NCBI GenBank assembly: GCA_040373665.1
Contig: JBEICA010000002.1
Span: forward strand, 1-45,440
Length of the DNA stretch: 45,440 nt
Direction: 5' to 3'
From: Burkholderiales bacterium
Lineage (GTDB): Bacteria > Pseudomonadota > Gammaproteobacteria > Burkholderiales > Ga0077523
Both the position numbers and the translations under genes were made by a program. Shown here in pieces: positions 11,492 to 20,826 of this stretch. The notes beneath the pieces are model-generated. The model was not told the origin of the DNA. It saw nothing but the letters and a program-made list of their open reading frames with translations, and did no database searches. Each line of letters begins with the position of its first letter. Positions within the stretch are counted from its first letter, which is position 1.

Positions 11492-12354
11492 GATTTGCGG
11501 CTCACGATGAAACGCCCCAGTTGCGCCAGCCGCAGGCCTCGCTCCCCGAGAACCTCCAGCCCACCAAGGGCATCGGCGAGAAGTTCGTCGGCGAACGCCC
11601 GGGCTCCCGACGTGCCGAGGACGGAGACATAGGTCGGCTTGTCGTTCGCGGCGTCCTTGCCGGCAGTCTTGCCCAGGGTCCCCGTGGAGGCAGTGGCGTC
11701 GAGCACGTCGTCCACCACCTGGAAGGCCAGCCCGATGAACCGGGCGAAGTGCGCCATGCCGTCCACCTGCGCCTGGCCAAGCCTGCCGCAGGCCCCTCCG
11801 AGGCTGACGGCCGCGCCGATCAGGGCACCGGTCTTGTGGATGTGCATGAACTCCAGCTCGGCGAGGGACAGGGAACGCCCCTGGCTGTTCAGGTCGACCG
11901 CCTGGCCGCCCGCCATGCCACGGGAGCCGGAGGCGCGCGCCAGAGAGAGGAGCATGCCGAGCTGGGAAGCCGGATCGTCCGCCAGTGGCCTCTGCGCCAG
12001 CACCTGGAAAGCGAGACTCTGCAGGCTGTCCCCCACGAGCAGCGCGGTGGGCTCGTCGAAGGCGACGTGGACGGTCGCCCGACCACGCCTCAGGACATCG
12101 TCGTCCATGCAGGGCAGGTCATCGTGGACCAGCGAGTAGACGTGGATCAGTTCGAGGGCTGCTGCAACCTGGTCCACCCGGTCGGGATCCGCCCCCGCGG
12201 CCTCGCCGGCGGCGTAGGCCAGCAGCGGCCGCACCCGCTTGCCACCGCCCAGAACCGCATAGCGCATGGCCTCGTGCAGGCGCTCCGGGGCCACAGCCAA
12301 CGGCGGCAGGACGGCCTCGAGGACGGACTCCACCCGATCCTGGTGGGCGCGCAT
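11488..12354 (-). CDS. ispA: (2E,6E)-farnesyl diphosphate synthase
   Basis: First DDxxD motif [17 protein letters not shown] and second motif FQVVDDVLD. The stop overlaps the dxs ATG (ATGA). ATG at 12354 is preferred. GTG at 12387 is an alternative that would overlap xseB. Confidence 0.92.
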   Translation of the reverse strand: MRAHQDRVESVLEAVLPPLAVAPERLHEAMRYAVLGGGKRVRPLLAYAAGEAAGADPDRVDQVAAALELIHVYSLVHDDLPCMDDDVLRRGRATVHVAFDEPTALLVGDSLQSLAFQVLAQRPLADDPASQLGMLLSLARASGSRGMAGGQAVDLNSQGRSLSLAELEFMHIHKTGALIGAAVSLGGACGRLGQAQVDGMAHFARFIGLAFQVVDDVLDATASTGTLGKTAGKDAANDKPTYVSVLGTSGARAFADELLADALGGLEVLGERGLRLAQLGRFIVSRKS

Positions 12355-12367
12355 CCAGGCCTGAAGA

Positions 12368-12628
12368 TCAGTCGTCGGAATCTGCACCAGGAAAATCGCG
12401 CAAGGATTCGCCCTCCAGCACCTTGATCTGCTGCTGGGCGTCGTCCAGGAAGGAGCGGCAGAAGCGCAGCAGCTCGGCGCCGCGGCGATAGGCCGAGAGA
12501 GAGGACTCGAGGCTGAGCTGCCCGGACTCCATGGCCGCCACGACCTCCTCCAGCTCAGAGACGGCAGCCTCGAAGGAAGCGGGAGGAACGGGCGTTGCCT
12601 GGGTGTCGTTCGTGGGCTTGGTGGCCAT
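12368..12628 (-). CDS. xseB: exodeoxyribonuclease VII small subunit
   Basis: 86 aa. SFEAAVSELEEVVAAMESGQLSLESSLSAYRRGAELLRFC is typical XseB. This is the classic xseB-ispA-dxs operon order. Confidence 0.9.
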   Translation of the reverse strand: MATKPTNDTQATPVPPASFEAAVSELEEVVAAMESGQLSLESSLSAYRRGAELLRFCRSFLDDAQQQIKVLEGESLRDFPGADSDD

Positions 12629-13013
12629 ACCGGCACCTGGAAAACGCTTGAATGTACCGGAATGCGGTCGACCCGATCAAGCCGGATCCAGCCTTGCGGA
12701 CACGGCACGACCCATGGCCGACCTGCGCCCGCGACGGGACGGCTCCTGCGCGGTCATCAGACCGGGCAGACGCGGGCCCCCTCCCGGACCGGTGCGGTGC
12801 GGCTTGCCCGCGCCGGGGATTGGGGCGACAATCCCGCCCTTCGCCGTTATTTGTGTCGGCCCATCAGGGACTTCCGACCGACCCGGCGAATCGTGCAGGC
12901 CGTTGGGCGCCATCCGGGCGAGGCGGCCTTTTCCATTTTTTATGACGCATCGTCGTCGGCTCTCCGGTGCCTGCCCTGGCGCGGGGGCCGGCTTGGGAGG
13001 TGGCACGCGCATC

Positions 13014-14132
13014 ATGACCGATCTGGCCAATGTCTCGGCTCTCACGCAGACGCCCACGCAGCTTCCGGTGGACTGGTATTTCGACCGCCGCATCCACGAG
13101 TTGGAGTTGAAGCTGCTCTTCGAGCATGGGCCAGGGTACATCGGTCATGAGCTGATGGTGCCCGAAAACGGCGACTACCACTCCCTCGAGTGGATGGGAC
13201 ATGGCAAGACCCTGTTCCGCAACGCCAATGGCGTGGAGTTGCTGAGCAACGTCTGCCGCCATCGGCAGGCGGTCATGCTCAAGGGGCGGGGCAACACCGG
13301 CAACATCGTCTGCCCCCTGCATCGCTGGACCTACGACATCCAGGGCAAGCTGCTGGGCGCCCCCCACTTTCCCGGCAACCCCTGCCTGGACCTGGGCCGC
13401 ACGCCATTGCAGAACTGGAACGGCCTGCTGTTCGCCGGCGGTCGCGACATCGCCCGTGACCTGGCGAGCGCGACCCTGCGACGTGACTTCGATTTCTCCG
13501 GCTACCACTACCACAGCACGGTGATCGACGAGTACGCCATCAACTGGAAGACCTTCATCGAGGTGTACCTGGAGGACTACCACGTGGCGCCCTTCCACCC
13601 CGGGCTCGGGCAGTTCGTCGACTGCGACGCCCTGAACTGGGAGTTCGGCGACTGGTACAGCGTGCAGACCGTCGGGGTCAACGCCAGGCTGTTGCGGCCG
13701 GGCACACCCGTCTACAAGCGATGGCACGAAGCAGTGGCCCGCTACTCCGGCTCGGAGGCACCGCCTCATGGCGCGATCTGGCTGACGTACTACCCGAACG
13801 TGATGGTCGAGTGGTATCCCCACGTACTGGTCATCTCCACCATCCTGCCCAAGGGCCCGGAGGCCTGCTCGAACGTGGTGGAGTTCTACTACCCCGAGGA
13901 CATCGCGCTGTTCGAGCCCGAGTTCGTCGAGGCCGAGTAGGCGGCCTACGCGGAGACCGCGGTGGAAGACCGCGAGATCTGCGAGCGCATGCACGAAGGC
14001 CGCCGGGCTCTGTGGCTGCGCGGCGACAACGAGGTCGGCCCCTATCAGTCGCCCATGGAGGACGGGATGGTCCACTTCCACGAGTTCCTGCGCCGCCATC
14101 TGGAGCCCGCCCTCGGCACCTCGAAGGGCTGA
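13014..14132 (+). pseudogene. Rieske [2Fe-2S] non-haem-iron oxygenase alpha-type subunit, interrupted by an in-frame TAG at 13938-13940
   Basis: The 5' ORF 13014..13940 carries the Rieske motif CRHRQAV...CPLHRW and the catalytic-domain motif EVYLEDYHVAPFHP. Reading on in the same frame past the TAG gives 63 more codons, AAYAETAVEDREICERMHEGRR...GPYQSPMEDGMVHFHEFLRRHL, ending at TGA 14130-14132. These resemble the normal C-terminus of this family. The total would be about 372 aa. Confidence 0.6.
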
Positions 14133-14295
14133 CGCGGCCCCGGTCGCCCCGTCGCGCCTCGACGCGGCGGGGCGTGGCCTCGCATGCGCCACCATGAGGC
14201 GCGCGCTTGCCTGCCCCGAACCGCCCGGTGCGCCGGAAGATCAGCCTGGTTCCGCTCGCTCCCACCCGCCCGTGACACTCCCCTCCCCCTGATCC

Positions 14296-15219
14296 ATGGG
14301 TTCGCTCTGGATGCTGCTCGCCTCCCTGGCATTCGCCGCCATGGGGGTATTCGCCAAGCTCGGCGCGGGCCATTTCTCCAGCCTGGAGCTGGTGTTCTAC
14401 CGGTCGCTGTTCGGGGTGATCTCGCTCGGCGGGCTCGCCAGGCTGCGCGGCTGGACGCTGGGCAGCCCGCACTGGCGCCTGCACCTCACCCGCGGCGGCT
14501 TCGGCGTCGTATCGCTCGGCCTGTATTTCCATTGCATCGGCCGCATCCCTCTGGCCACGGCGGTCACGCTCAACTACACCTCGCCGCTGTTCCTGGCCCT
14601 CATCACCACGGTGTTCATGGCCGAACCACTGCACTGGCCGCTGGCCGCCGCAGCCGCCGTGTCCTTCCTCGGCGTACTGCTGCTGCTCGAGCCCACGCTG
14701 GACCGCGACCAGTGGATCGACGGCACGCTGGGTCTCGCCTCCGGACTGCTCGCCGCCATCGCCTACGCCAGCGTGAAGCGCCTTGGGGCCAGTGGCGAGC
14801 CGAGCTGGCGCGTGGTGTTCCATTTCACGCTTCTGTCCACCGTCGTCGCGGGTGTCGGCATGGCGCTCACCGAGGTCCACGCGGTCGACGCCGGCAACAT
14901 CTGGATCATCCTCGGCATCGGCCTCACAGCGACCCTCGGGCAGTTCGCCATGACCCGCGCGTACCACACCGGGGATACGCTGGTGGTGGGCGCGCTGTCG
15001 TTCGCGACCGTGCTGTTCTCGGCGCTGCTCGGGCTCGGCCTCTGGGGGGAGACCCTGCGACCGGGGGCATGGGTGGGCATGGCACTCATCGTGGCTGGCG
15101 GTCTGCTCAGCCTGCGTGCAATGCCCTCTGCCGGCGCGTCCGCCCGCCGCGCGCCACCGGGCAACGCCGGCGAGGTATCCTCGAACACTCGGGCAACCCG
15201 CGACAGGGCAGGACCATGA
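14296..15219 (+). CDS. DMT-superfamily (EamA-type) transporter
   Basis: About 10 TM segments in two EamA-like halves (LASLAFAAMGVFAKL..., YTSPLFLALIT...). The Arg/Ala-rich C-terminal tail overlaps the next gene start (ATGA). Confidence 0.82.
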   Translation: MGSLWMLLASLAFAAMGVFAKLGAGHFSSLELVFYRSLFGVISLGGLARLRGWTLGSPHWRLHLTRGGFGVVSLGLYFHCIGRIPLATAVTLNYTSPLFLALITTVFMAEPLHWPLAAAAAVSFLGVLLLLEPTLDRDQWIDGTLGLASGLLAAIAYASVKRLGASGEPSWRVVFHFTLLSTVVAGVGMALTEVHAVDAGNIWIILGIGLTATLGQFAMTRAYHTGDTLVVGALSFATVLFSALLGLGLWGETLRPGAWVGMALIVAGGLLSLRAMPSAGASARRAPPGNAGEVSSNTRATRDRAGP

Positions 15220-16439
15220 TCACCATCCAGCACGAAGGCTCCCTCATCACCGCAGGCGTGTTCGGCGAATTCACGGTCGCCGACTACCAGGAGTTCGAGC
15301 GGGAGGTCCTGGCCAGCCTGCGCCTGACCGGCAGGGTCGACCTGCTGGTCGACCTGCGCGACATGCTGCGCTACACCCTGGACGTGGCTTGGGAGGATGT
15401 GCGCTTCGTGCGCGCCCATGCCCACGATTTCCGGCGTGTCGCCGTCATCGCCCGCGATGAGCTCACCGTCTGGCTGGGCTGGATCACACGCCTGCTCACC
15501 AGTGCCGAGGTGCGGGTGTTCGACACCGAGCCCGGCGCGCGCGAGTGGCTGGCCGAGGGTGCGGCACCGGCGGCCCAGGCCGCGTCCGCCCTACCGCCGC
15601 GGGGTCCGCTCGTCTCCGTGGCCGAACTGGCCGCGCGACTCGACGATCCGGGGCTCGTCATCTTCGACTGCCGGCACGACCTGATGGTCAAGACGGTCGG
15701 TACGGACGCCTACGCCCAGGGGCATCTGCCCGGGGCGCACTTCGCCCACGTGGACCATGATCTGGCGGGCCCGCCGACCGGTCGCAACGGCCGCCGCCCC
15801 CTGCCCGACCGCGGTGCCTTCGTGGCCTGGCTCGGGCGCATGGGCGTGTCGCGCCAGACCGAAGTGGTGGCCTATGACGCCAGCGGCGGCACCTATGCGG
15901 CGCGCCTGTGGTGGATGCTGCGCCACTGGCTCGGGCACGAGCGCGTCGCGGTGCTGGACGGTGGCTGGGATGCCTGGGTCAAGACCGGTCATCCGGTCAG
16001 CACCGAAGTGCCCGTGCCGCAGCCCGTCCACTACGATGGCGGCCTGACCCCCGCGGTGACCGTGGACGCCGGGCACCTGCTCGCCCGCCTCGGCTCGCCG
16101 GGACTGGTGATCATCGATGCCCGGGCCGCCGACCGCTTCCGCGGCCAGAACGAAACCATCGATCCGGTCGCCGGCCACATCCCCGGGGCAGTGAACCGTT
16201 TCTTCCGCGACAACCTGGACGCGATGGGTTTCTTCAAGTCTGCCGCCGACCTGCGCACCGCCTTCACGCCCTTGATCGGAACTCACGACCCGGCCCAGGT
16301 GGTGCACTCGTGCGGTTCGGGCGTCTCGGCCTGCCACAACCTGCTGGCGATGGAGATCGCCGGCCTGGGCGGCACACGCCTGTATCCCGGCTCGTGGAGC
16401 GAGTGGTGCTCCGACCCGTCGAGGCCGGTGGAGACCTGA
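15216..16439 (+). CDS. fusion protein: SpoIIAA-like STAS domain + tandem-rhodanese 3-mercaptopyruvate/thiosulfate sulfurtransferase
   Basis: Residues 1 to about 120 (MITIQHEGSLITAGVFGEFTVADYQEFE...DFRRVAVIARDEL...) look like a stand-alone SpoIIAA-like STAS protein. After an Ala/Pro linker come two rhodanese domains with the active-site loop HSCGSGVSAC (SseA/MST-type CGSGV[ST]A). There is no internal start or stop between the modules. Confidence 0.82.
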   Translation: MITIQHEGSLITAGVFGEFTVADYQEFEREVLASLRLTGRVDLLVDLRDMLRYTLDVAWEDVRFVRAHAHDFRRVAVIARDELTVWLGWITRLLTSAEVRVFDTEPGAREWLAEGAAPAAQAASALPPRGPLVSVAELAARLDDPGLVIFDCRHDLMVKTVGTDAYAQGHLPGAHFAHVDHDLAGPPTGRNGRRPLPDRGAFVAWLGRMGVSRQTEVVAYDASGGTYAARLWWMLRHWLGHERVAVLDGGWDAWVKTGHPVSTEVPVPQPVHYDGGLTPAVTVDAGHLLARLGSPGLVIIDARAADRFRGQNETIDPVAGHIPGAVNRFFRDNLDAMGFFKSAADLRTAFTPLIGTHDPAQVVHSCGSGVSACHNLLAMEIAGLGGTRLYPGSWSEWCSDPSRPVET

Positions 16440-16461
16440 GACAGCCGGAGCCCCGGCGGAC

Positions 16462-16848
16462 ATGGCCTGGGCAGCCGACCTGCTGCTGGTGGTGCACACC
16501 CTGTTCGTGGTGTTCGTCACCGGCGGATTCGCCTTCATCTGGATCGGGCACTGGCGTGGCTGGGGATGGATCCGCAACCCGCGCTTCCGCGCGCTGCACC
16601 TGATCGCCATCACCGCTGTGGCGCTGGAGGCCCTCGCCGGACTGAGCTGCCCGCTCACGCTCTGGGAAGACGCGCTGCGCGGGCATCAGGGCTCTCGCTC
16701 CTTCGTGGCCCGCTGGCTTCATGCGGTGATCTTCCACGACTTCCCGGAGTGGGTCTTCACCGTCGCCTACGTGGCCTTCGCCGTTGCGACGGCGGTGACG
16801 ATACGGCTGGTGCCCACCGGATCCGCACCGACGCCGTCGCGGCGGTGA
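16462..16848 (+). CDS. DUF2784-like small membrane protein
   Basis: 128 aa with hydrophobic helices. LSCPLTLWE ... FHDFPEW matches my recollection of DUF2784. Confidence 0.65.
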   Translation: MAWAADLLLVVHTLFVVFVTGGFAFIWIGHWRGWGWIRNPRFRALHLIAITAVALEALAGLSCPLTLWEDALRGHQGSRSFVARWLHAVIFHDFPEWVFTVAYVAFAVATAVTIRLVPTGSAPTPSRR

Positions 16849-16913
16849 CGCCCACTGCGCAGATCGTCCGGCCGGCGCCCTGCGGTCACCCCCCCGCCTG
16901 ACGACGCTGCCGG

Positions 16914-18185
16914 CTATCGCCCGGCCGCCATGCGGTTGACGGTGTCCCGGTCGAATCCCGCGGTCTGTTTGTAGCGGTTGGCGATCTCCTCGCGCTCCCA
17001 TCGGGGGATGACTTCCTCGATGTCCCGGAAACCCTGGGGCGCGCGCTCCTCGGCGAGTTGCAGGACACGGTCCGGTCCGCCCTGACGGTTCGCCAGCACC
17101 ACCGCGGCGGTGGCGGGTCGCCGCACTGCCTCGTAGGCCGCGAGGGCGGCATCGACATCGGCGTCGCGCTGCCACTGCCCTTCGAGCTCGAGGGCATCGA
17201 GGATGGCCTGGGAGGCCCCGTTGGATCCAACCGGCACCATCGGGTGGGCGGCGTCCCCCAGCAGGGTCACCCGGCCGTGGGTCCAGCGCGGCAGGGGATC
17301 CCGGTCCACCATCGGGAACTCGTACACCGCCTCGGCCTCCGCGATGAGTTTCGGCACGTTCAGCCAGCCGAAGTCCCATGCCTGGAATGGCGCCTCGAAC
17401 ACGGCCTTGTCGACCCGGCGGTTCCAGTCGGTGCGGGGTGGCACGGTGTCGAGCGGGACCTGCAACTCGGCGATCCAGTTCAGCACGGCCCGGCCCTCGC
17501 GCCGATGCCGTTCGGAAATCGGGTAACAGACGAACTTCTGGCGGTCGTGGCCCGCCCACACCATCGAGCGGCCGGTCAGGAAAGGCGGCGCCTCGGTGGT
17601 GGCGCGCCACAACATGCGGCCGGCAAAACGTGGCGGTCCCTCGTCCGGGTAGTACAGACGTCGCACTGCGGAGTGGATGCCGTCGGCCCCCACGAGCGCA
17701 TCGCCCCGTGTCGCAATCAGGCCACCGGACGCGCGATCGCGGAACCACGCCTGCACCCCGTCATTCGTACATTCGAGGCGCTCGAACACGTGGCCGGTAT
17801 GCACCGAGCCTCGCGGCAACGTTGCCAACGCGGCGTGATGCAGGATCACCTGCAACTCGCCCCGGTGCACGGAATACTGCGGCACGGCATATCCGGCATC
17901 GCGACCGCGCGGCTCCTGCCAGATGCGCTGACCGAACTTGTTCACGTACACCAGCTCGGCGGTCTCGATGGCGCTGGATGCCAGGGCCGGTGCGAGGCCG
18001 AGCTCATGCAGCACGCGCACCGCGCTCGGCTGGAGATTGATGCCGACGCCCAGGGGCCTGACTTCCGCCGCCGACTCGTACACCTCCACCCCCACGCCGG
18101 CGCGATGCAGGCACAGCGCTGCCGTGAGTCCGCCGATGCCACCGCCGACGACGATGACCCGACCGCGTTGCTGCCCCTTGTCCAT
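16914..18185 (-). CDS. FAD-dependent aromatic-ring monooxygenase (salicylate/3-hydroxybenzoate hydroxylase-like)
   Basis: AGGGAGG lies upstream of the ATG at 18185. The protein has the GxGxxG motif VIVVGGGIGGLTAALCL, DALVGADGIHSAVR and the FAD motif LLGDAAHPMVPVGSNGASQAILDA. Confidence 0.88.
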   Translation of the reverse strand: MDKGQQRGRVIVVGGGIGGLTAALCLHRAGVGVEVYESAAEVRPLGVGINLQPSAVRVLHELGLAPALASSAIETAELVYVNKFGQRIWQEPRGRDAGYAVPQYSVHRGELQVILHHAALATLPRGSVHTGHVFERLECTNDGVQAWFRDRASGGLIATRGDALVGADGIHSAVRRLYYPDEGPPRFAGRMLWRATTEAPPFLTGRSMVWAGHDRQKFVCYPISERHRREGRAVLNWIAELQVPLDTVPPRTDWNRRVDKAVFEAPFQAWDFGWLNVPKLIAEAEAVYEFPMVDRDPLPRWTHGRVTLLGDAAHPMVPVGSNGASQAILDALELEGQWQRDADVDAALAAYEAVRRPATAAVVLANRQGGPDRVLQLAEERAPQGFRDIEEVIPRWEREEIANRYKQTAGFDRDTVNRMAAGR

Positions 18186-18392
18186 TGCATTGGCCTCCCT
18201 GTGGGTGACGTGCGCCGCGCCCCGTGGCTGGCGGGCTCGGGCCCAGGTTCCGCGTCGGAGCGCGGCGACTGCTCGCCGGGACTGGCAGGCGTGCCGACTC
18301 ACCTCTTCGCGGATGTCGATCCGCCAGGCAATCCTCGGATCGCAGCGGGCCGATGGATTGTAGGGCACGACATGGCCCTTACCGAGGCCGGC

Positions 18393-20330
18393 TCAGGGCG
18401 CCGGAAGCCAGCGCGTGAGCACACTCTCGAGACTGGCCCGCGATACCGGCTTCGGCAGGTAGTCATCCATTCCGGCCTCCAGACAGCGGGCGCGATCCTC
18501 GGGCATGGCATTCGCGGTGACGGCAACGACGGGGGTGCGCCGCGTCTCCACGGCACGCAGTTTCGCCGTCGCCTCGTAACCGTCCATGCCCGGCATCTGG
18601 CAATCCATGAGGATGAGGTCGAATCCGTGCTCGGTCTGCTGGCGAACGGCCTCAGCCCCATCGCACGCCATCCGGACCTCCAGACCGAAGCTGGCGAGCA
18701 GACCCGCGGCCACGCGGCGGTTGATTGCGTTGTCGTCGGCGACGAGGACGTGTCCATGGAACCGCCGTGCCGTACCCTCCGCAGCACCCTGCGTGATGGG
18801 AGCGGCGAGGTCACCGGAAGCGGCTGCCAGGGGCAGGCAAAGGGTGCACGTGAAGACACTGCCGCATTCTTCTCGCGGCTGGTATGCGAGATCCCCACCC
18901 ATGAGCTGCGCCAGTTCACGCGAGATGGCGAGACCGAGCCCGGCGCCTCCGAACCGGCGCGATGCCGAATCCTCCGCCTGGGAAAAGCGTTCGAACAGGG
19001 TGGGGCGCGCCGCCTCCGGGACACCGGTCCCGGTATCGATCACCGTCAGGGACACGGCATCGGCACATGCGTCGCCGACATCCGCCGAGAGCACGACCCG
19101 CACTTCGCCCTGCGGCGTGAACTTGATCGCGTTGCCCACGAGGTTCAGCAGGATCTGCCGCACCCTTCCACCGTCCCCGACCCGCCACCCTCCCGGCCAC
19201 GTCCGCGCATCCAGCACCAGCCCGATCCCCTTGTCGGCCGCCAGCGGCGTCAGCGCGCTCACCACGGCCCGGGTGACCTCGATCAGATCCATGGGAGCGT
19301 TCTGCAGTCGGACCCGACCTGCCTCCAGCCGCGAGAAGTCGAGAACGTCGGCGATGATGGCGAGCAGGGCCTCGGCGGACGTGCGGATATCGTCGAGGTG
19401 GGTGCGCTGCCTCGTGTCCAGCGGGGTGGTCAACAGCAGGTCACACAGCCCGAGAACGCCGTTCATCGGCGTGCGCAGTTCATGGCTCATGTTGGCCAGG
19501 AAGCGCGATTTCGCCTCCGAGGAGGCCTCGGCCCGCCGCAAGGCCGCTTCGAGCGCTTCGGTGCGTTCCTGTACCCTCTGCTCGAGGGCACGGTTGGCTT
19601 CCACGAGGGCCTGACGGGATTCGGCCAACGCATCACGGGATCGCGCAAGGGCCTGCTCGCGCTCGAATTCCCTTTCGAGCATGCGGTTGTAGGCCCGCAT
19701 CACTTCCGACAATTCGTCGTCGCCGCGCACCGTCACCGGTTGCCGCTCCCCGGTATCGCCGACGCTTTGGATCGCACGCCTGAGACGGTCCAGCGGGCGC
19801 CCGACGATGAGCCTGAAGCCGATGGCTGCGCTCAGGGCGGCGCCCGCGAACGAGAGCGCAACCGCCAGAGCCGTGAGGTCCCTGAGGAGACGCTCGCTGC
19901 GTACGAGTTCCCCTTCGTTGAAAAGCACCAGGAGTTCGGCCTCGGGGGGTTCGCCAACCTCGAGGACGATGCGGTCGGCCCCCGGCTGACCGGTGCAACC
20001 CAGACCGGGTGGCAGCGCTGCAACGCGCTTGCGCGAATCCGCGAGCGTGACTTCGGCGCAGTCGACCGCGGGATCGGTTGCCAGCGGCGCCAGGAAAACC
20101 TGCACCAGACCGTGGTCCCCGCGCGGGTCGTGCCGGGTCGCGGCCGATGCCACCCGCGCGGCCGCGTTGCCGACGCGCGCGGCCAGCTCCAGTGACTTGG
20201 CCTCGTCTTCTGCTCGGCCGACGATCCAGGCGCCGACGCCGCAGAAGGTCAGGAACGCAGCCGACAGGATCAGAAGGAACTTGCCAAACAGCCCCTTGCC
20301 GGGCAGGCGGCGGAAGGGGTGCAGACGCAC
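18393..20330 (-). CDS. hybrid sensor histidine kinase/response regulator
   Basis: Two TM segments flank a periplasmic loop of about 130 aa. These are followed by a HAMP domain, a coiled coil, the H-box FLANMSHELRTPMNGVLG, the HATPase N/G boxes (LLNLVGNAIKFT, DTGTGV, GGAGLGLAIS) and a C-terminal receiver domain (VLVADDN...LILMDCQMPGMDG). Confidence 0.92.
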   Translation of the reverse strand: MRLHPFRRLPGKGLFGKFLLILSAAFLTFCGVGAWIVGRAEDEAKSLELAARVGNAAARVASAATRHDPRGDHGLVQVFLAPLATDPAVDCAEVTLADSRKRVAALPPGLGCTGQPGADRIVLEVGEPPEAELLVLFNEGELVRSERLLRDLTALAVALSFAGAALSAAIGFRLIVGRPLDRLRRAIQSVGDTGERQPVTVRGDDELSEVMRAYNRMLEREFEREQALARSRDALAESRQALVEANRALEQRVQERTEALEAALRRAEASSEAKSRFLANMSHELRTPMNGVLGLCDLLLTTPLDTRQRTHLDDIRTSAEALLAIIADVLDFSRLEAGRVRLQNAPMDLIEVTRAVVSALTPLAADKGIGLVLDARTWPGGWRVGDGGRVRQILLNLVGNAIKFTPQGEVRVVLSADVGDACADAVSLTVIDTGTGVPEAARPTLFERFSQAEDSASRRFGGAGLGLAISRELAQLMGGDLAYQPREECGSVFTCTLCLPLAAASGDLAAPITQGAAEGTARRFHGHVLVADDNAINRRVAAGLLASFGLEVRMACDGAEAVRQQTEHGFDLILMDCQMPGMDGYEATAKLRAVETRRTPVVAVTANAMPEDRARCLEAGMDDYLPKPVSRASLESVLTRWLPAP

Positions 20331-20335
20331 CGCTG

Positions 20336-20746
20336 TCAGTCGGCTTTCTGCACCTTGCCGGCCTTCATCAGCGCCTCGAGCCTGCCACGCTCCGCGACGG
20401 ACGCATGGAACACCGAAAAGGATCGACCGCGACGGGCCATGTAGAAATCGACATTCACGGGGTTACCGCGTGCATCGCGGAAATCGGTGCAGAGCACGAA
20501 GTAAGACCCCATCCGAAGGATCATCGGATGGGCGGCGGCGGGATGCAGGCTCGCGACCTCGCCACTGTCGAGATCCAGATGCAGGTAGGCACCTTCCACG
20601 AGGTTGCGGTCGATGTGCTGCTGCATGCCGGCCTGCAGGGAGGCGCGATCGCCCGGACTGAGAGGACCGGCGACACCGGGTGCTCCGGACACGAGCAGCA
20701 TGACAAGAGCCAGGCACTGGAAAAAGCGCAGAAATGATGGAAACAT
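20336..20746 (-). CDS. small exported protein of unknown function, first gene of the kinase operon
   Basis: GAGG lies 7 nt upstream of the ATG. The signal peptide is MFPSFLRFFQCLALVMLLVSGAPGVAG. The gene stops 5 nt before the kinase start. I recognise no domain. Confidence 0.65.
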   Translation of the reverse strand: MFPSFLRFFQCLALVMLLVSGAPGVAGPLSPGDRASLQAGMQQHIDRNLVEGAYLHLDLDSGEVASLHPAAAHPMILRMGSYFVLCTDFRDARGNPVNVDFYMARRGRSFSVFHASVAERGRLEALMKAGKVQKAD

Positions 20747-20826
20747 GAGAAAACCTCTACGTGGCGGTCATGCTCCCCGCGCAAGTAACGTGCCGCCAGT
20801 CGCCGGTCGTGCGGCGGGGGCGAGCG

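Noticed and set aside
12629-12660. Sigma-54 promoter (GGCAC ... TTGA) near the xseB start
   Set aside because: The spacing and the -12 element do not fit TGGCAC-N5-TTGC. The match is a partial resemblance only.
13938-13940. The TAG in the Rieske gene as pyrrolysine or another programmed recoding signal
   Set aside because: There are no pyl genes in the window and no PYLIS-like context that I can recognise. Such recoding is not expected in this kind of proteobacterial housekeeping context. A nonsense mutation or a sequencing error is more parsimonious.
14184-15215. N-terminal 344 codons of the 751-aa ORF 14184..16439
   Set aside because: This part overlaps the DMT transporter gene out of frame and is Arg/Pro-rich without motifs. 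The STAS domain begins cleanly at the ATG at 15216, which overlaps the transporter stop.
17058-20195. 1045-aa plus-strand ORF, the longest in the track
   Set aside because: It lies antisense to the FAD monooxygenase and the hybrid kinase, both of which carry textbook motifs on the minus strand. Its translation is Arg/Gly/Pro/His-rich with no recognisable domain. This is the usual stop-free antisense frame of high-GC DNA.
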